A stretch of 64,000 nt of DNA from Promethearchaeota archaeon (lineage in GTDB: Archaea; Asgardarchaeota; Lokiarchaeia; Sigyniarchaeales; SOKP01), in NCBI GenBank assembly GCA_048937405.1, contig JBHLNF010000001.1:96001-160000 (forward strand), written 5' to 3'. Every line of letters starts with the position of its first letter. Positions within the stretch are counted from its first letter, which is position 1. The translations under genes were made by a program, and so were the position numbers. The notes under the pieces are model-generated. The model was not told the DNA's origin. It saw nothing but the letters and a program-made list of their open reading frames with translations, and ran no database searches. Positions 56,581 to 64,000 of the stretch are shown one piece after another.

Positions 56581-58053
56581 ATGGGGGCATTTCAGTGGTT
56601 AATGAAGAAAATAACTAAAGTATTTGGACGTTCTACAAATGCTTTGTTCTACACATTACTTTATAGAGAAATTCTTAATGAGATTAATGAAATTACTAAG
56701 AATGAAGAGGATAGCTTAATTGTACTTAGAGAAATAGGAAAAAGAGCAGCTTATGAATCTTGTGAACGCCACTCAAGTATTTTCAAATTTATGCCTGGAT
56801 CTCCTAAGAAAGTTCTAGATTATTTTGAGATTCTTTGGGTTGTTGTATTTGGAAAAGAATTAGAGCAGTATTCTTATGAAGAAATACAAAAAGTAGGATC
56901 AAAATATAATGATTATGTTCTAAAAATTAACCAATGTCCAATCTGCGCAGATTATGGTCAAGATAAGGAAGATACATTTATTTTTAAAAGATTAGAAGAT
57001 AGGGATACTGAAGGATTAGCTTGTGGACTTTGTGGAATGCTTGAAACAGTTGCAAATTTTATATTGAAGATAAAAAGAAATAACTATAGAATCCAAATAG
57101 TTGAACAAGCGTGTATAGCTAAAGGAGGGGATTCTTTGAGATTACTCTGTAAAATCCATGATATGAAAGAATGGAAAGTACTCAAAGATTCAAAAACTCA
57201 AGAAAATAAGGTATTAGGTAAATTTTTTAAAGATACTATTAAAGAAGAAGAATTTATTCAAGAAACAAAGCTGGATATTATTGACAAACTACAAGATGTT
57301 ATTTCAATTGATAAATTAGAGGAATATCTTGATGAACCGCTAGAAGGAATAAAGCAAAGAGTTTCTGATATTATTAGAGATAAATTGAACATGGAACCTA
57401 AAAATTTTTTTGATTACTTTCGTAACTATGAGGATGACATGATCCGTATTATTGGTTACCTTGGAACTCATATCTTAAATGAATATGGCGGATTATTGGA
57501 AAAATCTTTCCAGAATGAATGGTTTGCAAAAGTCTTTGGTTATATTTTTAAACAATTTAAAGAATTGACATTATTATTTGTTCCTTTAGATGTTATACGT
57601 GATTATAATTCATTACTAGTAAAGTTTTTAGAAGGTATAGCTCCTCCAGAAATGGTTGAAAACGTGAAACTCTTTTCTGGTAAAGATACAATCAATTACA
57701 TTTTTGATGGGGCTCAAATGGCTCTTGAAAATTTAGGAGTTGATTTTTCCGAACTCAAGGATAATGTGTGGGAGGAACTAAAAGTAGAACGCGAAAACGG
57801 TTTAATTTCTTCAGAATCCTCACCTTTAGATAGATCTCGTGAAAAAATGCCTCAAATCATTAATATCATTCAAGAGGTACTAATGGTCATCAATGATATC
57901 CTAACTTTGCCTATTAGAGTTTTAATATCAGAAAGCCATTATGGATTAAAGACAGCAATTAATTCAGTAGTATCAGAAGAAGAAGGTTTATATGGTTCTA
58001 TACGTGGAAGACTTGATAATATCTTTGACCAAATTCAAGAAATAAGAAAGTAA
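56581..58053 (+). CDS. Protein with an N-terminal Bet3/V4R-like domain and a long helical C-terminal region
   Basis: LFYTLLYREIL..LREIGKRAA..VLDYFEILWVVVFGK..CPIC..CGLCGMLE..VEQACIAKGG. Confidence 0.6.
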   Translation: MGAFQWLMKKITKVFGRSTNALFYTLLYREILNEINEITKNEEDSLIVLREIGKRAAYESCERHSSIFKFMPGSPKKVLDYFEILWVVVFGKELEQYSYEEIQKVGSKYNDYVLKINQCPICADYGQDKEDTFIFKRLEDRDTEGLACGLCGMLETVANFILKIKRNNYRIQIVEQACIAKGGDSLRLLCKIHDMKEWKVLKDSKTQENKVLGKFFKDTIKEEEFIQETKLDIIDKLQDVISIDKLEEYLDEPLEGIKQRVSDIIRDKLNMEPKNFFDYFRNYEDDMIRIIGYLGTHILNEYGGLLEKSFQNEWFAKVFGYIFKQFKELTLLFVPLDVIRDYNSLLVKFLEGIAPPEMVENVKLFSGKDTINYIFDGAQMALENLGVDFSELKDNVWEELKVERENGLISSESSPLDRSREKMPQIINIIQEVLMVINDILTLPIRVLISESHYGLKTAINSVVSEEEGLYGSIRGRLDNIFDQIQEIRK

Positions 58054-58108
58054 GAATTGAATTTTTTGTACATTTTTCCATACTATTTCTTATATTTTTC
58101 CATATCCA

Positions 58109-59530
58109 CTAAAATTTAGTCTTTTCATAGATTTCATAGAACCAACTTGTGATATATTGAAAGAAAATTCTCTCCCTTAAAACATCATAATGGGATTTTT
58201 CTTTTAAGCTCGTTAATTTTGCTATATCTTCTGATTTTAGCAAACCCCTGGTAACTAAATCCATCCGCGCTTTATATTGATCTATCATTTTTATAGGTCT
58301 TAAAATTACGCGAATAGCATATGAAATTTTATCTATTAATCTCTTATAAATCTCTTCCGATAAATTTAAATCTTTACTATCTTCAATCAGAAAGTTTCTA
58401 ATATTCCTTAAAATAGAGTCTTTTTTGAAATAACTAATAACATCTTTATTATCCAATACTTGAGTAAGATAATTTACTATTTTTTCAACTGTAGTTTCCT
58501 TTATATGTAATTCATTCATTTCGTTTCCTAATTTCTCAATAAATTGTGTTTTTAAGAATTTTTTAAACTTGACAATAATCGCCTTATTTTGTTTATTATC
58601 TGAACATATTTCAATTACTTCCCCTCTTGGAGTAGAATAAGTAAAACCTAATCCTTGTGGTCCTAAACCTCCCTGAAGTACCATGGATAAATTATAAAAA
58701 TTGTAATTATTCTTCTCCAAAATTTTATCTATATTTTTCATTATATTCTTTGGAGAGACAAGATGTTTTTTATTCTCCCTATACTCTCGTTCTTCTTCTG
58801 TACCATAATAGAACATTCTATATTTATAAGTTGCATCAAATTCAATTAGTTCATCTTTCTTCTTAGAAAGTTGTTCTTCTTTTGTTTTTAATTGATTTTT
58901 GTTTTGGGCAAAATTCTCTTTAAATTCCTTGAGAAAATCATAAATTGAACTTAAATATCTTACACTTAAACCGTAAATCGTATATTGGTCAAAAAAAACA
59001 TTTTTAATGAAATGCATCATCTGATCCTGATCAGGAAAATAGGAATTTAACCGAGTTATGAAATATTCGTAGAGATCCTGAGGTATGACCTTATAAATAA
59101 AAAGAGTAAATGAATTTGATACTTTACCAAATAAATCATTTAAATTTGAAATAAATAAAATATCTTTTCTAAGATTTTCAACATTTTTTTTTTCTGAATA
59201 ATCTAACTCTCTCTCTAACAAGCCATATTTATTACAAAATCTTAAAATATTAATGATCTCTCCTAATGCTGAAGTTTGATATCCAGTAGATACTTTATCT
59301 GTACAATTTAATAGCAATTTTGAAATAATATTAAATCGATCAGGGATTTTTTTAATATCAAAAAAAAGATTGAATTCAACCGATGCGTTGAATAGCAATT
59401 TATAGACCTTATATTGTCCATTCCTAAGACATTTTGTAAGGGTGTTATAATATGATTTCTCTAGTTCCTCTTTATCCTTTATCTTTAATAGTTCTGTTTT
59501 AAACTCAATAAAGAGCTGATTTGAAATCAT
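58109..59530 (-). CDS. Hypothetical protein
   Basis: 473-aa ORF filling the gap; mostly helical, with a Gly-rich block GGLGPQGLGFTYSTPRGE. No family recognised. Confidence 0.7.
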   Translation of the reverse strand: MISNQLFIEFKTELLKIKDKEELEKSYYNTLTKCLRNGQYKVYKLLFNASVEFNLFFDIKKIPDRFNIISKLLLNCTDKVSTGYQTSALGEIINILRFCNKYGLLERELDYSEKKNVENLRKDILFISNLNDLFGKVSNSFTLFIYKVIPQDLYEYFITRLNSYFPDQDQMMHFIKNVFFDQYTIYGLSVRYLSSIYDFLKEFKENFAQNKNQLKTKEEQLSKKKDELIEFDATYKYRMFYYGTEEEREYRENKKHLVSPKNIMKNIDKILEKNNYNFYNLSMVLQGGLGPQGLGFTYSTPRGEVIEICSDNKQNKAIIVKFKKFLKTQFIEKLGNEMNELHIKETTVEKIVNYLTQVLDNKDVISYFKKDSILRNIRNFLIEDSKDLNLSEEIYKRLIDKISYAIRVILRPIKMIDQYKARMDLVTRGLLKSEDIAKLTSLKEKSHYDVLRERIFFQYITSWFYEIYEKTKF

Positions 59531-59600
59531 TTTAAAACTATTAAGTTAAAAGTAATCTACAAAAATAATATTTTGCATTAATAAATATTGATAAATTACA

Positions 59601-59972
59601 TTAATCTAATAATTCAGCGATTTTTTTCGATACACTTTGGATATTTAAGAAAACCATTCCTAATGAAGCATCACTTTTCGCAAGAGTACACAATATAGCA
59701 TTTTCTCCTGCTTTTGATAAAATAATTATACCATCAACACCTTCTATCAAAATTCTTTTTAAATCTCCACGTGCAAGTTCTTCAACAGCGCGTTCTGAAA
59801 CACTGAGTATTGCTGCACTCATAGCACTTACGATTCCATCATTAACATCTCTCGCAAGGACTGAACAGATAGGTAACCCTTGTACACTAACGATAGCGCT
59901 TCCCTGAATATCTGAGTTTACAGCTTCCATTCTTCTTAAAAGGTCGATGAGTTCACTGATATTTTCGCTCAA
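59601..59972 (-). CDS. Roadblock/LC7 (MglB/LAMTOR-like) protein
   Basis: IQGSAIVSVQGLPI..VSAMSAAILSVSERAVEEL.RGDLKRILIEG.DG..ASLGMVF. Confidence 0.92.
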   Translation of the reverse strand: MSENISELIDLLRRMEAVNSDIQGSAIVSVQGLPICSVLARDVNDGIVSAMSAAILSVSERAVEELARGDLKRILIEGVDGIIILSKAGENAILCTLAKSDASLGMVFLNIQSVSKKIAELLD

Positions 59973-60137
59973 AAATTTATCAACTTGAATAAATAGTAGG
60001 TTATTGATCTAATTAGATAATAATATAATAATATTATTAATATTTTTAATTTTAATCTAATTTTAATAAAAACTTTATTATTAAAGTTAATACTTATTTA
60101 AAAAATATTTTTATCAATATCCGCATTAGTAATTATA

Positions 60138-61115
60138 ATGACTGAGAATGAAAAGTTAAAAAACGAGATTAAAGAAGAAAAAAGTAAGGAAGAGTTAGAT
60201 AAAGAAAAAGAAGAAAAACTCAAAATTGAATCTCTTCAAAAAGCAGGGAAAATTGCTCAAGCAGTTAAAAAGTATATTAAGCCAAAAATTAAAGTAGGAG
60301 CAAAAATTTTTGATTTAATATCTGATATCGAAGCTAAAATTGAGGAGTTAGGGGGATTTTGTGCTTTTCCAGCAAATATTTGTGTAAATAATATTGCTGC
60401 TCATTACACATCTCCAACTAAAGATGATGGTTTAGAAGTAAATGAAGGAGATTTAGTTAAAATTGATCTAGGTGTCCATGTAGAAGGATATATAGTAGAT
60501 ACTGCTTTTTCTATAAATTTTAGTGAAGAAGAATCAGTTGAGAATATCATACAAGCAATTGAAGTGGCACTTGATGCAGCAAAAATGATGGCTAAACCTA
60601 AAACTAATACTCAAAACATTGGTAAAAAAATAGAAGAAATTGTTAAAGGTTTTAAATACAATCCAATCAGAGAACTTGGTGGACATCAAATTGAAAGATG
60701 GACTGTTCATGGTAAAAAACAACTGCCAGAATTAGGCTCTCAGGGGGGAGATATAATGGAACTTGACGAGGTTTTTTCTATTGAGATCTTTGCTAGTACA
60801 GGTCAGGGTTCAGTTCATAATACCCAATATTCATATATATATGAAATGAATCCCTATGCAGGTAGAGTCCCTTTACGAAGAAAAACATCTAAACAACTCC
60901 TAGGCTATATTAATAAAAATTTTAAGACTTTACCATTTGCGGAGAGATGGTTAGCAAAAGAATTTAGGTTAGGAGTTGCTTTTGGGCTTCAAGAATTAAT
61001 ACAACAAGGTAAATTACAAGTACATAATGTATTAGCTGAAAAAAAGGGAGTTAAAGTAGCCCAGATCGAGGAAACAATCCTTATTACTGAAGAAGGATTT
61101 GAACAATTGACTTGA
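60138..61115 (+). CDS. map: Methionine aminopeptidase type II
   Basis: AFP.N..AAHYT, KIDLGVHVEGYIVDTA, GHQI..VH, type II helical insert. Confidence 0.93.
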   Translation: MTENEKLKNEIKEEKSKEELDKEKEEKLKIESLQKAGKIAQAVKKYIKPKIKVGAKIFDLISDIEAKIEELGGFCAFPANICVNNIAAHYTSPTKDDGLEVNEGDLVKIDLGVHVEGYIVDTAFSINFSEEESVENIIQAIEVALDAAKMMAKPKTNTQNIGKKIEEIVKGFKYNPIRELGGHQIERWTVHGKKQLPELGSQGGDIMELDEVFSIEIFASTGQGSVHNTQYSYIYEMNPYAGRVPLRRKTSKQLLGYINKNFKTLPFAERWLAKEFRLGVAFGLQELIQQGKLQVHNVLAEKKGVKVAQIEETILITEEGFEQLT

Positions 61116-61156
61116 AATAATAATAAATAACAAATAAAAGGATTTTCTTACTTAAT

Positions 61157-62269
61157 ATGGATAAATTAAATATTTGTTTAATTTCCTTAACGTTTGCTCC
61201 TGATACGCAAGATGGGGCGGCTAAATTCTTTACTGGGATCTATAAATATCTAAAAAATCAAGGTCATAATGTAAAAGTAATTACAGGAAAATGGAATAAA
61301 TCACTCCCAGATCCAAATATTTTGCAAATAGCTATTATTAGAAGAAGATTTTTTTGGTTTCCTCAGTTTAATATTAAAACCGTAAAATTTTTAAAACGAA
61401 ATCAATTCGATATTATCCATGGTAATAGCCCTAAAGGAATTTTACCTATAATATTCGCAAACAAGAAACGATTCATATCTACGATTCATGATTTAGGTCC
61501 ATTTGAAACTCGATTTACTAGAATTCCAATTGAAAGATTTTTAATTAAATATGCTGTTAACAAGTCAACTTATATCACAACCTGCTCTGAATTTATAAAA
61601 AAGGAAATTAAATATTACATCCCAAATACAGATTTAAATAAGATTTTTAATCTCTATTCAGCGATTGAAAATAAATATAAACCTCTTCCTAAAGAATCTC
61701 AAAAATTAAAAGAAAAACTTGGTATTAAAGGACCAGTTCTACTATATATCGGGCGAATAGCTAAATACAAGGGTGTTAGTGATATCATAAAAGCTTATCA
61801 AATTGCTAAAAAAGAGATTCCTGGATTAAATTTAGTAATGGGGGGAAAGCCTGATTTTTATATGGAAAAATCTTATCTAGAATGGAAACAAAAGTTCAAT
61901 GATATCTATTTTGTTGGTTTTATTCATGAAAAAGAAATTCCTGTATATTTCTCGATGGGTGATATATTTGTAACATATTCTTATGCATCTGAAGGCTTTG
62001 GTTTAACTCCAATTGAAGCAATTGCATGTGGAACTCCTGTGATTTGTTCATCAATGATAGCATATAAAGAAGTTTTAAAGGATAACGCAATTTTTGTTCC
62101 TCCTAAAAATCCTCAACTACTCGCAAAAGAAATTATTAATTTGTTACAGGATGATATCAAGAGAAGAACTTTAATAGAAAGGGCCCAAAAGTTTATAAAA
62201 AGATATAGTTGGAAATCAGTTGGTGAAAAATTAGAGACAATTTATCGTAAATTCATATTTGATGAATAA
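61157..62269 (+). CDS. Glycosyltransferase family 4
   Basis: TIHDL, YIGRIAKYKG, EGFGLTPIEAIACGTPVI, YSW. Confidence 0.9.
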   Translation: MDKLNICLISLTFAPDTQDGAAKFFTGIYKYLKNQGHNVKVITGKWNKSLPDPNILQIAIIRRRFFWFPQFNIKTVKFLKRNQFDIIHGNSPKGILPIIFANKKRFISTIHDLGPFETRFTRIPIERFLIKYAVNKSTYITTCSEFIKKEIKYYIPNTDLNKIFNLYSAIENKYKPLPKESQKLKEKLGIKGPVLLYIGRIAKYKGVSDIIKAYQIAKKEIPGLNLVMGGKPDFYMEKSYLEWKQKFNDIYFVGFIHEKEIPVYFSMGDIFVTYSYASEGFGLTPIEAIACGTPVICSSMIAYKEVLKDNAIFVPPKNPQLLAKEIINLLQDDIKRRTLIERAQKFIKRYSWKSVGEKLETIYRKFIFDE

Positions 62270-62353
62270 AATATTGTTAGGAGGAAAGTTTCCATTAAAC
62301 ATTATAAACTAATTTTATCTTCCTATTTAAACTTTGATTGAAATTATTATATC

Positions 62354-63472
62354 TTATTTGTTTATTAATTTATTTTTAACAAACTCAAAACAAATTTCAT
62401 TGGGATTCTCAAATTGGCAAATTTTTTCTTTAAATGAGCTTATCTTAAATCTATCTGGAGTGGGTCCTTGATTAAGAAGACTGATGGTTCTTTCTATGAT
62501 ACTCTTTGAATCCCGTAGGTGTTCTAGAGGAAATCCCTCACTAATTAAAAATTTTTCTTGAGGGGCTGATTCTCCGGGATAAAATTCTATACTAGGGACA
62601 TTTAATAAACTTGATTCTCTCACAATAGTACCACCTCCACTAATTATTATACCCCCATAAAAGCATAAATCAACTAAATTTGGTAAATAGCGTGTAATGA
62701 TTATATTCTTCTCTTTATTTAGGTTAATAAGTTCTTTCAAAAGAAATTGTTCTTGTATTTTTGAGCGGACTAAAATCAAATATTTATAATTTGGAAAAGC
62801 TTTAAAAATTGGAGGTAAGAATTTACTTATCAGAGTTTCTTCTGGTTTAATTTTTCCAATTAAATATGAGGCATGAGTGGGTTCAGTTCTCATGATTAAG
62901 AATTTACCTTTTTCTAAATCAAGATTATTCAGAATCTCAGGATTCGGCGTATATTCTGAAAGCCAAGCAATTTCATCTAGCCCATTATATCTAATTATTT
63001 TTTCAGGATCAGCATGAAGTTGTATATATAACTCTTTAGGAATGCATTTAGGAACTATTACATTATCTATAAATGGATGGATTAACTTGCATACAGGCTT
63101 ATTTCTGGGTTCATCATTCATCCCTATTGATGGTGTTTTTAATCCATAGGCAATTCTTGTACCTTCCACAGAGAGAAAAGTAACAAAATAATCTGGTGAA
63201 AATTTATTAATTATCGGAAAAAGTTGATTTAAACGCTCAATATACGCGCATAATTTCTCTTCGATTTTATCACCACCATGACGTCCAATTTTCATGTAAT
63301 CAACTCCATAATTCTCTAGAATTTGAAAAGTAGAATCATAATCTCGAGCGGTAATTAATAGTTTTATCCCTTCATTTTCAAACTTTTTATATAATGAATT
63401 AAACATAATTGCAGTTTTAGGTTGCTCGATATCAATCCAAATTCTTTTACCAGAAAGACTCATAATAAGCAC
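62354..63472 (-). CDS. DUF354-family GT-B-fold protein
   Basis: IWIDIEQPK, TARDY, IGRHGG, YNGLDE, GGGTIVRESSLLNVPSI. Confidence 0.75.
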   Translation of the reverse strand: MLIMSLSGKRIWIDIEQPKTAIMFNSLYKKFENEGIKLLITARDYDSTFQILENYGVDYMKIGRHGGDKIEEKLCAYIERLNQLFPIINKFSPDYFVTFLSVEGTRIAYGLKTPSIGMNDEPRNKPVCKLIHPFIDNVIVPKCIPKELYIQLHADPEKIIRYNGLDEIAWLSEYTPNPEILNNLDLEKGKFLIMRTEPTHASYLIGKIKPEETLISKFLPPIFKAFPNYKYLILVRSKIQEQFLLKELINLNKEKNIIITRYLPNLVDLCFYGGIIISGGGTIVRESSLLNVPSIEFYPGESAPQEKFLISEGFPLEHLRDSKSIIERTISLLNQGPTPDRFKISSFKEKICQFENPNEICFEFVKNKLINK

Positions 63473-63587
63473 TTTAATGACGATTTAGTTTTATTTTTTT
63501 TTATATATTGAAATATCATTAATCGAGAATTTAATAGTTTTTAGTACTTCAATCATTTAAATTTTTATTCTCTTGTATAGAGGAGAG

Positions 63588-63881
63588 CTATTTCTGACAA
63601 ACACAAGGTTTTGATTTACACTTGATACACTTATCAGGATACTTTTTTAATAGGGCTGATTCAAGATCTATTTCTAATAAATTTGCCAAGGAATTTGACC
63701 ATGCAATAATATCAGCTAATTCTTCTGAAGCATATTGTTTATCAAGAACCTTACTTCTTAAAACACGGGCTAATTCTCCAATTTCTTCAATTAACCAAAT
63801 GAACGTGTTATTAATTCCTCTTTTCAAATCTTTTTTGAAATAAATTTCTTTAATTAAACTCTGAAATTCTGAAATTTTCAT
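63588..63881 (-). CDS. MazG-like nucleotide pyrophosphohydrolase
   Basis: WLIEEIGELA..EELADIIAW..LANL, C-terminal CIKC..PCVC. Confidence 0.85.
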   Translation of the reverse strand: MKISEFQSLIKEIYFKKDLKRGINNTFIWLIEEIGELARVLRSKVLDKQYASEELADIIAWSNSLANLLEIDLESALLKKYPDKCIKCKSKPCVCQK

Positions 63882-63935
63882 GTAAGCTCCATTCTCAATT
63901 GCTATTTTTTTTTTATTAACAGAACCATATCACTA

Positions 63936-64000
63936 TTATCCACCACCAGGAGTGAATAACCATGAAAAAAGATCTAAATGTGCTAGAATAACAATTAGGA
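63936..64000 (-). CDS. 3' end of a membrane protein entering from outside the window (possibly SecG/Sec61-beta)
   Basis: One minus frame reads LIVILAHLDLFSWLFTPGGG-stop. Only 20 codons are visible, so both frame and identity are tentative. Confidence 0.3.
   Translation of the reverse strand, partial: LIVILAHLDLFSWLFTPGGG

Noticed and set aside
60007-60018. Palindrome ATCTAATTAGAT between roadblock and map
   Set aside because: Single, AT-rich, 6-bp arms; not distinguishable from background.
3263-63843. Many short antisense or alternate-frame ORFs inside long genes (e.g. 3533..3928, 12956..13264, 18750..19028, 24018..24338, 50020..50310, 63622..63843)
   Set aside because: Nested in or largely overlapping well-supported genes, with no motifs. 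The Gly-rich 18750..19028 ORF is just the reverse complement of Pro codons.
1-64000. CRISPR arrays, tRNA/rRNA genes, IS elements, replication origin
   Set aside because: No regularly spaced repeats, GC-rich structured RNA segments, transposase/integrase ORFs, ORB repeats or orc1/cdc6 seen by eye; tRNAscan-SE and Infernal would be needed to exclude small RNAs.

Overview
Very AT-rich, gene-dense archaeal chromosome segment. The gene content points to an Asgard archaeon, most likely Lokiarchaeia (inference): TopoVI, GINS23, MCM, type II MetAP, a Rab-like GTPase, roadblock/longin-like and Bet3/V4R-like proteins, and a CofE-nitroreductase fusion. In order: (1) a >=936-aa minus-strand ORF missed by the track, fusing a LivJ-type and an Opp/Dpp-type solute-binding domain; (2) coaBC; (3) a replication/topology block (greatly expanded top6B, top6A, pyrE, gins23, a polytopic membrane protein with a HEAT solenoid, mcm); (4) Rab-like GTPase, HDAC-family protein and a polyproline/coiled-coil/Zn-ribbon protein; (5) a 7-gene cell-envelope cluster around a MoxR AAA+ ATPase and a DUF58/vWA protein, with an apparently catalytically dead transglutaminase-like Ig-repeat surface protein and repeated DUF4129-like cytoplasmic domains; (6) an operon joining LipS1/LipS2 lipoate assembly to F420 biosynthesis; (7) a bacterial-type leuS with an archaeal-type C-terminal domain; (8) a ~12-kb cobamide uptake/completion cluster bracketed by the leuS 3' end and a diverged second copy of it, with two copies of a 22-bp palindrome in its divergent promoter; (9) housekeeping and eukaryote-signature-like genes. 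No rRNA, tRNA, CRISPR array, integrase or transposase was recognised. All family calls are from motif recognition by eye, not database searches.
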